From positions 32,001-96,000 of IMG/VR virus record IMGVR_UViG_3300031688_000003: a stretch of 64,000 nt of DNA, one strand, 5' to 3'. Below the pieces are notes generated by a model that did not search any database, had not been told where the DNA came from, and saw nothing but the letters and a program-made list of their open reading frames with translations. The DNA is from a virus. Both the position numbers and the translations under genes were made by a program. Shown piece by piece: positions 1 through 10,300 of the stretch (its first letter is position 1; the number at the start of each line of letters is the position of its first letter).

Positions 1-2
1 AA

Positions 3-434
3 ACTTCTGGATGTTCAGGTACCTCACAATCAGGTCTACTTACAACAAGTACTGATGCATGTGGTAATACTATAAGTACTACAGCAGCAAATGCATTATC
101 AGGATCTAGCTCAAGAGCATCAATATCAGATGGAATATATATTATAAGATATGCTGTTGCACCTACAGATAGAGCATATGTAGAATATAATCATTTAAGA
201 ATAACAGGTATAATGAGTACTTACTATAAGAAGTTATGTGAGATAGATGTTACTCCATGTGAACCTAGCACAAAACAGCAGAACAGATATAGAGAGATGA
301 ATCTTATTAAACTCATGATAGATGCTGCAAAAGCAAAAGTTGAATACTGTCAAAGTCCTAATGAGGGAATGGCTTTATATGATTTTGCAAAAAAGAAATT
401 ATTAAAGATCACTTGTTCAAGTGAGTGTTGTTAA
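3..434 (+). CDS. 5'-truncated virion structural protein; the ORF-track call 213..434 is only its C-terminal half
   Basis: The frame starting at nt 3 is open and in frame with ATG 213: TSGCSGTSQSG...DGIYIIRYAVAPTDRAYVEYNHLRITGIMSTYYKKLCEIDVTPC...KITCSSECC*. The structural role is inferred from context. Confidence 0.75.
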   Translation, partial: TSGCSGTSQSGLLTTSTDACGNTISTTAANALSGSSSRASISDGIYIIRYAVAPTDRAYVEYNHLRITGIMSTYYKKLCEIDVTPCEPSTKQQNRYREMNLIKLMIDAAKAKVEYCQSPNEGMALYDFAKKKLLKITCSSECC

Positions 435-451
435 TATAAAAACTAAATAGT

Positions 452-643
452 ATGAATTGTTCACACTGTAATCAAGCAATAGGATGTGGTTGTAACAAAG
501 TTTCAGCAGGAGATGGTGCTGCTGTACATAAAGGATGTTTAAGTATATATAATAAAGGTTTAACGCAAAATGTTTCTATAACTGTACAAAATACAGCAGT
601 TAATTTAGGACAAATAGTTATCCCACCAACTACAGCAAGATAA
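452..643 (+). CDS. Small Cys/His-rich protein (63 aa), possibly metal-binding
   Basis: CSHC...GCGC...HKGC pattern. It fits tightly between two co-oriented genes and has an A-rich start context. Confidence 0.6.
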   Translation: MNCSHCNQAIGCGCNKVSAGDGAAVHKGCLSIYNKGLTQNVSITVQNTAVNLGQIVIPPTTAR

Positions 644-647
644 AAAA

Positions 648-3600
648 ATGGCTTTAACATATTGTAACGCAAATAATGGAGCAGGATCTACATGCATGAT
701 TGCATTTGATGAAAGATGTAATTCACAGGGTGGAGAGGTTAACTTATACTTTGGAAATAAGATTCACCATGTATACATATCTCAGAATAGTACAGTAACT
801 GATACTACTCTATATGTACCTACAGTTTCAATGCCTGCTTCTTTAACTTATTCTTATGATATGATTCAAACAGGTGTGAATCCATCAACATGGCAAACAC
901 AAGAATATATATATGTTTGTGGTGGTTTTCAAACACCTGCTATATATGATTTTACATCTGGTGCAGATCAACCAGATTGGGCTCAAGGATGTTTTTCAGG
1001 ACCTTGTTCACTTGCAGCAAATTGTGTTACTATTCAAACAATAGATTTTGATGGAAATCCTGTATCAGGTTTTCCAATTGAAACAGATTTAGCTGTTGGG
1101 GCAACTGTTACTGACATGCAAGGATATGCCTATTTTACTGGTGTTCAAAGTGTAACACCATATGATATATTTGGTGATACGATTTCATTTCCTGGAACAT
1201 GTATAGAATATCTTGTAACACAACTTGTAGGTATTTGTGAATTTACACCAACTATTAATTGTATATGTGGTTGTGATGATCCTGCTGCAGATAACTATGA
1301 TGCTACTGCTAATTATTATAATTTTGAAGATTGTCCTTGTACATATCCTACGCTAGGATGTATGGATACTGCAGCTTGCAACTATGATGCTTCAGCTACA
1401 TCAGATGATAATAGTTGTGTTTATCCAGGTTGTACTGACCCAGATGCATTAAATTATGATTCATCAGCAGGTTGTGATGATGGTTCATGTGTATCACAAC
1501 CATCATGTGATACAGCATATGGAGAAAATAATCCAACTGATAACCTAACAGATGTTGACGTTAAAAGAATAGAAACAGAAGCAAGATTTGCTGATAATGT
1601 TTATAAACATTTCCAAGCTAGAAGATATGGTATGACTAGTCCATGTGAAACTAGTCTAGATGGTATAGCATCTGAAAAATATTTATGTTTTTGGGAAGAT
1701 AAAAAAGAAAAAGAATATACAGGTTTCAACATTACAAGAGAAGTATTTAAACCTCTTATACCTGGGACACCTCCAGCTGCAGGAACATACCCTGCTTGGG
1801 TTGATCCATTATGTGGATTAATATCAAAAGGTCAACTTACTGTTTACTTTTATTATGATGGTACATCTATGGGTGTACAAGCAGTTAAAGATGCTCATGC
1901 TACAACAGAACTATGGATGCAAAGTCTTATTGGTTTAGGTTTTACAGGTTCTCACTATCATACAATTGTTAATGGAGAGAGATGGTTAGATTGGGGTACA
2001 TCAGCTATAACTGGTATATTTAATAATGCAGGAACTAATACTAGTACTACACTTCCTTGCTCTAATCCTAATGATCCATCATGTGGTCCAGGAAGACCTT
2101 GTGGTGGTTGTGGTGTATCTGCAGACCCTAATGATGGTATAACTGGTGCATGTCAATGTTCTGGATGGGCTGGAGGAAAAATGTCTAGAACTCTTAAGGT
2201 GCAAGATAATTTCCAAAATGGTGATTGTCCAACACACTTCTATGATGCTTATACTAAAAATTCAGTATGTAATACGTGGGTGGGGACAGATGGTTGGGCA
2301 CCAAAAGGTCCTATAGTTACATGGCAAGGAATGGCACCTCCTGCAGCAACTGAACAAGTATTAGTAGTATGTTTTGCTGATGAAACTGAAATACCAGGTG
2401 ATAAAATTAATAATGATGTTAATTTTGCATGTTATCATGGTAGAGGATCTACTACTGGAGTTGCATCTGACTGGAATCTTGCAACTATAAGTGGTGTTAT
2501 TAGTCCAGCATGGAAAGCTGATTATAATAAATACATTGAGATATATAATGAATTTGAAGGAAGATCTTGTAATCATTCATTAAATTGTTATATATATCCA
2601 AGTTTACCAGTTAATGTTAGTGCACCACATAGACCTTTTCCACTACATGCTATTGGTGCTGTAACAAGTGGTAATAGACCAGTACAAGATGGTACATATC
2701 TTACAAATACAGCTCCCGTAAATACAATGTCAAATACATCAATTGCTGCAATTGAATTACCTGGTTCAAATTTATATTGGAACGAACCTAATACTGTTAC
2801 AGTTCATTCATTTGGATATGGAGGTTTAGATAATTATGGATGGGGTGGTACGTTTACATCTGCAGCATTTACACAAGAAGGGTTTACATCTGATTTAAAT
2901 AACTTCTTTACATTATCATTATATGAATGTAATGATAATGAATGCTTGATATTTGATGTGGTTAATCAGAATGGGGTCCTTATAGAAGATTATGAAATAA
3001 TACTAGATGGTAAAGATGTTGGTAAGACAAATTCATTTGGAAGATATACTCATATTATAACTAAAGCATCAATTAACACAGAGCATACTGCACAATTATG
3101 TGAATGTTTTACTACATCAGGTAGCTGTGCACAACAAAGACTTTTAATAACAGCATCAGAAAAATGCCCAACTGCAGCGTGTACTGTACCTTCTAAACAA
3201 TGTACATGTAATGCACCAGGCAACTTACAAGTAGTTACTAGTTATAATTCTACACTGTTAAATTGGTCTCCATCAATTTCAACAGAAACCACAATAACTT
3301 ATGATATAAGATATAGAGCTGTTAATGTTACAACACCAAATACATGGATAGAAATTACAAGTGTAGCAAGTACATCATATACTATAACTGGACTTTTAAC
3401 CTTTACTGAATATGAATTTCAAGTAAGAAGTAAATGTGGTACAATAATTTCAGACTGGAATGCAACACAAACATTTACTACAATTACTGCATGTCCTATA
3501 ATAGATTGTTTATTATCTTCATGTGCTACTGCAACTTCATATACTTTAGGTTATAACTATACTTCAATAGGTGAATTAGATATAACTGGAGCAACTGGAA

Positions 3601-6600
3601 CAAATGGTGTATGGGGTGTCATATGGGGTACTAATGCAGATTTAGAAATTGGTAATATTGTAAATGGAGGAAGTACATCAACTACAATGGTGCCAGGAAC
3701 TGCTAGTACATATCCAGGAGATGGAATAGTTAATACATTAATAACAGAAACAGCAACAGGACTTACACCAAACACATACTACTGGAGAGCATATATAACT
3801 ATAACTAATATGCCAAATTGTTTAGAAAGTCAGTATTCAGATGTTTGTACATATGTAACACCCAGTTCCATCACAAACCCACCTAGTCAATGTTTAATAC
3901 CTGATAATAATTTTGAACAAGCTTTGATGGATATAGGTCTTAAGTCACAAGGTGCATATACTGGTAGTATAGATTTCTCAGCAGTTAATACAGTAACAAC
4001 TTTAAATGTTTCTATTAAAGGTATTACAGACCTTACAGGTATAGAATGCTTTACTGCTTTGCAAAGTTTAGACTGTAGTGTAAACTCACTTACAAGTTTA
4101 AACTTAGTTGCTAATACAGCTCTAACATTTGTAAATTGTGGTGCTAATCAACTTACATCATTAAATGTTACTGCTAATACAGCATTACTTGATTTACGTA
4201 TATATGCTAATTCATTACCGTCTTTAGATATAACTAATAATACTGCTTTAACTACTTTGTATGGAGCTAATAATCTACTCACAAGTATTGACGTAAGTAA
4301 TAATACTGCTTTGATTTCCTTAAGTATTCATGCTAATCAACTTACGGCACTTGATGTTAGTGCAAACACAGCTTTAACTATTTTATCTTGTGGTAGTAAT
4401 CAAATAGTATCGCTTGATTGTACTACACTTGTTAATTTAGTAGAACTAGCGTGTGAAAATAATCCACCAATGAATTTCCTTGATGTAACTAATGGTAATA
4501 ATTCTAATATGCCAATGGGTGATTTCATTGCTAATAATACACCAAGTCTTATGTGTATTAGCGTTGACAATGTTGCTTATTCTAATACTAACTGGCCAGC
4601 ACCACTTTATACTGATGTTGGAGATACATATAACAACCCTTGTGTTGTAGTATCTCTTTGTACAATCCCTGATTCTAATTTTAGAAATGCACTAGATATA
4701 AATCAGCCTCAACTTGCTGGACAATGGGTAAATACTAATCAAATTGATCAAGCTCTTTTAACACCTATTACAGTTATAAGTGTTCTTTCATCAGGTATTA
4801 ATGACTTCACTGGTATAGAATGTTTCACAGGCTGTACAAGTTTAAATGTTGCAGCCAACAGTGCTCCAACTATTAACCTAACATCTTTAGTATTGTTAAA
4901 GTCTCTACGAATGTCTTCACTAAATCAGACAAATAGTTTAACAGGTAATACAATTGATTTAAGCAATAATGTTCTTTTAACATTTTTAGAATGTGAAAAT
5001 AATCAACTAGCAACAATAAATCTAACTGCTAATACTGCTTTAGAAGACATAAGTGTTGGTCAAAATAATCTTACTTCTTTAGATGTAACAACTTGTGTTT
5101 CATTAACTAGACTTAAAGTTTGGTATAATCAACTTACAAGTATCAACTTAGGATTTAATGTTGTTCTAGATGAATTAAATGTTCAAAGTAATAACCTAAC
5201 GACTTTATCTCTGACTAATAATGTTCTTCTAACTACACTTAAAGCTTTTTATAACAATTTAACAACTTTAGATTTAACCACTAATACTATTCTAGAAGAT
5301 GCATCTATTAGTTATAATAATATTGCAGGATCATTAGATCTATCTAATAATGTTCTTTTAGAATGGCTTATAGCTGCTCACAATAATCTTACTAGTGTTA
5401 CCTTACCTTCTACTGCTACTTTAATTCTGGTAGATTTAGAAAACAATGATATTTCTCAAATTGATACAAGTAATAATGCTGGATTAGAAACCTTAAAACT
5501 TACGGGTAATCAATTAGAATGTTTAGATGTAAGCAGTAATGTTGTGTTAACTCAAATTTACTGTCAGTTCCAACGTCTAGGTATGACACCAACTCTTGAT
5601 ATTCTTAACTTAGCTAATGGTAATAACACAAACATGACTGATGCCAATGTTAGAATTGGAGGATTTGGATCAAGTAACCCTAATATTAATGGTTGTGTTA
5701 CTGTAGATGCTGTAGCTTACGCAACAACTAACTGGACAACATGGGTTGATTTTGGACAAATATTCAATCTTGGATGTGCACCTTTAGATTGTGGTACTTC
5801 TGCACCCATGACATATATACCTGATAATGCATTTGAAAGTTATTTAACTGCTACTTATTCTATAGCATTCCCTATAGCGGACCATTGTTTAACAAGTGAT
5901 ATTAGTGGTATAACTGCTTTAAGTATGAATAATTTAGGTATAACTGACTTAACAGGATTGCAAGATTTTACTGCCGTAACATCAATAGCAATTAATGATA
6001 ATACACTTACAAATACATTTCTTAATTTAACTGGAAATATTGCTTTAACTCATCTGTATTGTGATAACGCTAATATAGTAAGTATTAACGTAACTCAATG
6101 TTCTGCTTTGTTATACTTAGGGCTTGGTGGGAATCAAATTACAACTATTGATCTAACTAACAATCTTGCTTTAACAGGTTTAAACTTTATTAATAATCAG
6201 TTTACAACACTTGATGTAAGTGTTAATACTGCTCTAACATCTATAAATGTTAGTAATAATCTACTAACAAGTATTGATGTAAGTACTAATACTCTTTTAC
6301 AATATTTGACTTGTTCTTTTAATCAACTCACAAGCCTTGATGTTAGTAATAATACCACTTTATATGTAATTAAATGTCAAAATAATAGCCTCACCAGTCT
6401 TGATGCAAGTAATAGTACTACTTTAACTTGGTTGCAGTGTGAGAATAATCAACTCACAACCCTTAATGTAAAAAATGGAAATAATAGTAATATGAGTACT
6501 TCTAATTTTATTACAACAAATAATCCTAACCTAATTTGCATAGATGTAGATAATGTATCTTACTCAACAACTAATTGGACAAACATTGATGCCACTAGTT

Positions 6601-7244
6601 CATTTAGTTTAAGTTGTATATCATTAATGACATATATCCCTGATAGTAATTTCCAAGCAGGATTAACAGCATTATATGGAATTGCATTCCCTATAGCGGA
6701 CCATTGTTTAAAAAGTGATATTAGTAGTATGACTGCTTTAGATGTGTCAAATATGTTGATAGCTGATTTAACAGGAATAGCAGATTTTACTGCTTTAACT
6801 AATTTGGGTTGTTATGATAATCAACTCACAAGCCTTGATGTAAGTCAAAATACTAATTTATTAACTTTATTCTGTTATGATAATCAAATCACTTCTCTTG
6901 ATGTAAGTAATAATACTGCTTTAACACATTTGTATTGTTATGACAATCAACTCATAAGTCTTAATGTAAGTTCTAATACTGCTTTACAATTTTTGAGGTG
7001 TCGTAATAATTCAATCACAACACTTGATGTAAGTACTAATACTGCTTTAATTTATTTAGATTGTTTGAATAATCAACTTACATCACTTAATATAAAAAAT
7101 ACTAATAATGCAAATATGTTGGTTAATAGTTTTTTAGCAACTAGTAATTTACTAACTACTATTCTTTGTGATAATCCAGGAACTGCAACTACTACATTTA
7201 CAGTTGCAGCAGGATGTATTGACGCAGGTGTAACATTTATATAA
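648..7244 (+). CDS. Giant modular fibre/adhesin-like virion protein (2198 aa): GCTD repeats, vWA-like region, FN3, four LRR modules
   Basis: Three GC(T/M/D)D-x-A-x-NYD repeats; an FN3 signature (W...YDIRYR...W...SYTITGL..FTEYEFQVRSKC, nt ~3207-3480); about 21-aa LRRs (L..L.C..NQLTSLDVS.NT) in four modules, each opened by IPD.(N/A)F. It lies in the structural gene block and has no T9SS C-terminal domain. Confidence 0.8.
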   Translation: MALTYCNANNGAGSTCMIAFDERCNSQGGEVNLYFGNKIHHVYISQNSTVTDTTLYVPTVSMPASLTYSYDMIQTGVNPSTWQTQEYIYVCGGFQTPAIYDFTSGADQPDWAQGCFSGPCSLAANCVTIQTIDFDGNPVSGFPIETDLAVGATVTDMQGYAYFTGVQSVTPYDIFGDTISFPGTCIEYLVTQLVGICEFTPTINCICGCDDPAADNYDATANYYNFEDCPCTYPTLGCMDTAACNYDASATSDDNSCVYPGCTDPDALNYDSSAGCDDGSCVSQPSCDTAYGENNPTDNLTDVDVKRIETEARFADNVYKHFQARRYGMTSPCETSLDGIASEKYLCFWEDKKEKEYTGFNITREVFKPLIPGTPPAAGTYPAWVDPLCGLISKGQLTVYFYYDGTSMGVQAVKDAHATTELWMQSLIGLGFTGSHYHTIVNGERWLDWGTSAITGIFNNAGTNTSTTLPCSNPNDPSCGPGRPCGGCGVSADPNDGITGACQCSGWAGGKMSRTLKVQDNFQNGDCPTHFYDAYTKNSVCNTWVGTDGWAPKGPIVTWQGMAPPAATEQVLVVCFADETEIPGDKINNDVNFACYHGRGSTTGVASDWNLATISGVISPAWKADYNKYIEIYNEFEGRSCNHSLNCYIYPSLPVNVSAPHRPFPLHAIGAVTSGNRPVQDGTYLTNTAPVNTMSNTSIAAIELPGSNLYWNEPNTVTVHSFGYGGLDNYGWGGTFTSAAFTQEGFTSDLNNFFTLSLYECNDNECLIFDVVNQNGVLIEDYEIILDGKDVGKTNSFGRYTHIITKASINTEHTAQLCECFTTSGSCAQQRLLITASEKCPTAACTVPSKQCTCNAPGNLQVVTSYNSTLLNWSPSISTETTITYDIRYRAVNVTTPNTWIEITSVASTSYTITGLLTFTEYEFQVRSKCGTIISDWNATQTFTTITACPIIDCLLSSCATATSYTLGYNYTSIGELDITGATGTNGVWGVIWGTNADLEIGNIVNGGSTSTTMVPGTASTYPGDGIVNTLITETATGLTPNTYYWRAYITITNMPNCLESQYSDVCTYVTPSSITNPPSQCLIPDNNFEQALMDIGLKSQGAYTGSIDFSAVNTVTTLNVSIKGITDLTGIECFTALQSLDCSVNSLTSLNLVANTALTFVNCGANQLTSLNVTANTALLDLRIYANSLPSLDITNNTALTTLYGANNLLTSIDVSNNTALISLSIHANQLTALDVSANTALTILSCGSNQIVSLDCTTLVNLVELACENNPPMNFLDVTNGNNSNMPMGDFIANNTPSLMCISVDNVAYSNTNWPAPLYTDVGDTYNNPCVVVSLCTIPDSNFRNALDINQPQLAGQWVNTNQIDQALLTPITVISVLSSGINDFTGIECFTGCTSLNVAANSAPTINLTSLVLLKSLRMSSLNQTNSLTGNTIDLSNNVLLTFLECENNQLATINLTANTALEDISVGQNNLTSLDVTTCVSLTRLKVWYNQLTSINLGFNVVLDELNVQSNNLTTLSLTNNVLLTTLKAFYNNLTTLDLTTNTILEDASISYNNIAGSLDLSNNVLLEWLIAAHNNLTSVTLPSTATLILVDLENNDISQIDTSNNAGLETLKLTGNQLECLDVSSNVVLTQIYCQFQRLGMTPTLDILNLANGNNTNMTDANVRIGGFGSSNPNINGCVTVDAVAYATTNWTTWVDFGQIFNLGCAPLDCGTSAPMTYIPDNAFESYLTATYSIAFPIADHCLTSDISGITALSMNNLGITDLTGLQDFTAVTSIAINDNTLTNTFLNLTGNIALTHLYCDNANIVSINVTQCSALLYLGLGGNQITTIDLTNNLALTGLNFINNQFTTLDVSVNTALTSINVSNNLLTSIDVSTNTLLQYLTCSFNQLTSLDVSNNTTLYVIKCQNNSLTSLDASNSTTLTWLQCENNQLTTLNVKNGNNSNMSTSNFITTNNPNLICIDVDNVSYSTTNWTNIDATSSFSLSCISLMTYIPDSNFQAGLTALYGIAFPIADHCLKSDISSMTALDVSNMLIADLTGIADFTALTNLGCYDNQLTSLDVSQNTNLLTLFCYDNQITSLDVSNNTALTHLYCYDNQLISLNVSSNTALQFLRCRNNSITTLDVSTNTALIYLDCLNNQLTSLNIKNTNNANMLVNSFLATSNLLTTILCDNPGTATTTFTVAAGCIDAGVTFI
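1269..1490 (+). repeat. Three tandem Cys-rich GCxD-xA-xNYD-xA-xxDDxSC peptide repeats
   Basis: GCDDPAADNYDATA; GCMDTAACNYDASATSDDNSC; GCTDPDALNYDSSAGCDDGSC, read directly from the translation. Confidence 0.9.
3891..7244 (+). repeat. Four tandem capped LRR modules (starts near 3891, 4659, 5808, 6627), each with an internal ~63-nt (21-aa) period
   Basis: Each module begins IPD(N/S)(N/A)F. Modules 1-3 end in a (G)NN(S/T)NM...C(I/V)xVD.VxY...NW cap, and module 4 ends in a shortened version. Confidence 0.9.
5865..6740 (+). repeat. 57-nt near-identical direct repeat (5865-5921 and 6684-6740, 3 mismatches) at the heads of LRR modules 3 and 4
   Basis: gcattccctatagcggaccattgtttaa is identical for 28 nt in both copies, and the match extends to 54 of 57 nt. 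Confidence 0.92.
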
Positions 7245-7297
7245 CATGAATAAAAAAATAAACGAAATAAATAACTTGGCTGTATCATTAAAAATCT

Positions 7298-7317
7298 GTA
7301 TATTATAATGTATAGTG
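7298..7317 (+). promoter_or_regulatory. Putative phage late promoter motif GTATATTATAATGTATAGTG
   Basis: Intergenic, 19 nt upstream of ATG 7337. It nearly repeats at 30524-30544 and partly at 12888-12907. Confidence 0.55.
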
Positions 7318-7336
7318 GTAATAACAAATATAAACT

Positions 7337-10300
7337 ATGATTCCTTTTAACTCTAATAAAACTGGTGGATGTGTCAATACATCATCAGATTGTGTAATTT
7401 GGCAAGGGCCTAACCTTCCGTGTATTGACTTATGTCAAGGTGATTCAATAAGTAATGTAATTGCAAAACTATGTGAAGAACTATTATCATTAAGCAGAAG
7501 TTCAGGAGGAGGTGGTGCAACATTACAATTAGCAAGAGTAAATCAAGCTGGTCTTCAAAATAAAGAAGGTCAACAAGCAAGTATTGCAAACAGTGAAACA
7601 GAACTACAGAATCTTATAATAGAGAATGTTGTTCAAGCACGTCTTGCAAATCAATCTGATTTTGATCAGGAAGATGTAAGAAATACACCAATCTCATTAC
7701 CAGAAGTATTACAGTATCAAGATCCTAATACATCAACTATAGTTAGAGCATTACCTTTACAACAATATGCTATACTATTAGGAACAAGAATTAGTCAAAC
7801 AACCTCAGAGATACTAACCTTACAAGGTCAAGTAGCAAATCATGAAGGGAGGATTGTTTCATTAGAATCTACTGAAAAAAGAAATAAACAAAATCCTACA
7901 GAAAAACAAATAGTTCCAGTATGTGTTGGGACACCAGGAAGACTAACAAATGTTAGTACAGCTTTAACTAGTTTAGAACAAGCATTCTGTGGATTACAAC
8001 AAGGGACTGGTCCTAAATCAGATTTAGCTGCATCAATTGGTTATCAAGATGCTTCATTAAATAGTCAAACAAGACTAAATGGATCAGGGACTATGTCAGC
8101 TATTACAGGATGGGTTAATAGTCCACAAAACTTAGCTCAATCATTTTCAAATGCTTGGTTGACTATTAATGATATGAGGAATGCAGTTGTAAGTTTAATT
8201 GATGATGTTATACCAACTGCGTGTAAAGACATTACATATAATTTCTTTGGTAATGTATTGGGTACAGCAGGTGCTTCAACTGGTATAAATATGAATTTCA
8301 CACAGTCATCTATTCCAAAAAGTTTTTATGACTGTGATAGATCACAAGGATCTAAGATTACAATAACAGATTCTAGTGGAAGCTCACAAACATTTCATAA
8401 ACAAATACACCAACTACAAAATACACAAGCTGGAGTTACGCTTCATACAACTTCATTAGATGCAGCAAGTCCTACATTTTCAGTAGAAACTCAGTTCTGC
8501 TTTACGAATGGGCAAGGTTCTGAATGTGCTAATACAATAACAAAATTATTAACTTCAATAGATATATGCCCAATTTTGACATTAGGAACTCCTGGATTAA
8601 CTTCTGTATCATGGACAGTTAATGCACAATACTTACCTGCAACTTATTCAGCTCAAATACAATTATTAAATAGTAAAGGTTCAGTAATTGCTAGTCAGGT
8701 TAATAATTCTCCTGGAGCTGGTTGGACAGGAAGTTTTACAGGTTTAAATGAAGGTGCAGCATATATACTTCAAATATCTTATGGTTTAACTCAAGGGGGT
8801 TCTTTTGAGCATGTCTGCCCACAACAATCATTCAACACAACAGGAACAACATGTACAGATCTTTCAGTATTAGCAGCATCATATAAATCTGTTATTACTG
8901 ATTTAAACTACAATGTAGCTGGATCATTTACACCAATTGCTTGTGATGATTTAAGAAACCCAGGAGTAAATATGGGGGATATTATACTTGCAGGATTTAC
9001 AAGTGCAGATGGAAGTGTACCTGGTGTATTAAAAAATAATACTATATGGTCAGAAAATTTAACACCATGTAGATCAGGAAAAATAAGTGCAAATGGAGTT
9101 TCAATTGATTTTAATAATCCTACTAAATCTCTAATAACAAATTCTGTTACTAAAGCAAGAGTAGATACAACTACAAATACCTTAGGGGATGGATGGAGAT
9201 ATACTGATGCTATTACATCTAGTTCTGGTGTAGCTAAATATGTTTATGCAGAAACAAATACAAATGCAGCAGCAACAATTGTACCTCAAGTATATTTCTC
9301 ATGTGTAGGTGATGAGGTTAATATAAGTCAAGCAGAATGGACTACTTGGGTACCACAATCAACAGTACAATATGGATTTAGAGCTAATTATAATTACCAA
9401 ATTGCACATGGAAATACAGTTGGATCTAGTTCATTAACATATAATGTGGGCCCTGGAAGATTTGGTACAACAACGTTTACACCAAATGTAATTCCTGCAC
9501 AAACACAACAATTTACTTATCTACCTTTACAAGGAGGTCAGCTTAAAAATACAGATTCAAATACAACAAAATTAACTATTGGTTCTAAAAATAGTGGTGA
9601 CTACGTGACTTCTATATCTAGAGGATTTAGACCTGAACATTTAGATACTGATCTTATAGTATTTATTGATACGGGTGCATATACAGAAACAGAAGGAGCA
9701 GCAATAAAAGCTTCAATGATAAATGTACACCAAAATATTGGATCTTCATGCAGTGGTTATACTGGTAAGTTATATGTCCTTCCTATAAGTAATTGTGGTT
9801 TTGCTTCTAATTTGACTCGTGGAAGTGCTAGTACATATTTATCTCATCATAAAATAATTGCTTCATTTGGAGTTGGTGTTACATTAACAACATCTGGTGC
9901 TTGGTCTACTATAACTCAAACATACTCAGCAGCAACAACACCAGTTGGATGGTGGCTTAATAAAGCTGATACAACAACTCTATCTGAACATTGTATGTTA
10001 TTCTCATTTATTGATCAAGCAGATACAGTTACATGTGAAGGTACTACTTATCCATTATATTCAACAGCAACAGCAGGAGCAGCAATGCAAGCTCCTACTA
10101 CTAGATATAAAGATGATTATGATGATGTAATGAATATTCTTGTAGATAACAACAGAAACACAACAGGTGATGCAGGAACATTTAAAGGACCAAGTACATG
10201 GGCAACTGCTGCAGCTATTAATACTGACTTTCCACTTTTACATAATGCACTATATAGATGTGATGGACATTATGTAATACCAAAACAAACTGGATTACAT

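Noticed and set aside
213-434. 73-aa ORF as a complete gene
   Set aside because: The frame is open back to nt 3, so it is the C-terminus of a gene truncated by the window edge.
5865-6740. Diversity-generating retroelement TR/VR pair
   Set aside because: Both copies are inside one ORF, the A-mismatches are not polarised to one copy, and no reverse transcriptase is in the window. Module duplication explains it.
3891-7244. CRISPR array or nucleotide tandem repeat
   Set aside because: The periodicity is a degenerate 63-nt coding LRR repeat, with no invariant repeats separated by unique spacers.
648-7244. Host chromosomal T9SS-secreted LRR gene (i.e. the window being bacterial DNA)
   Set aside because: There is no signal peptide or T9SS C-terminal domain, and the gene is embedded in an uninterrupted phage structural operon.
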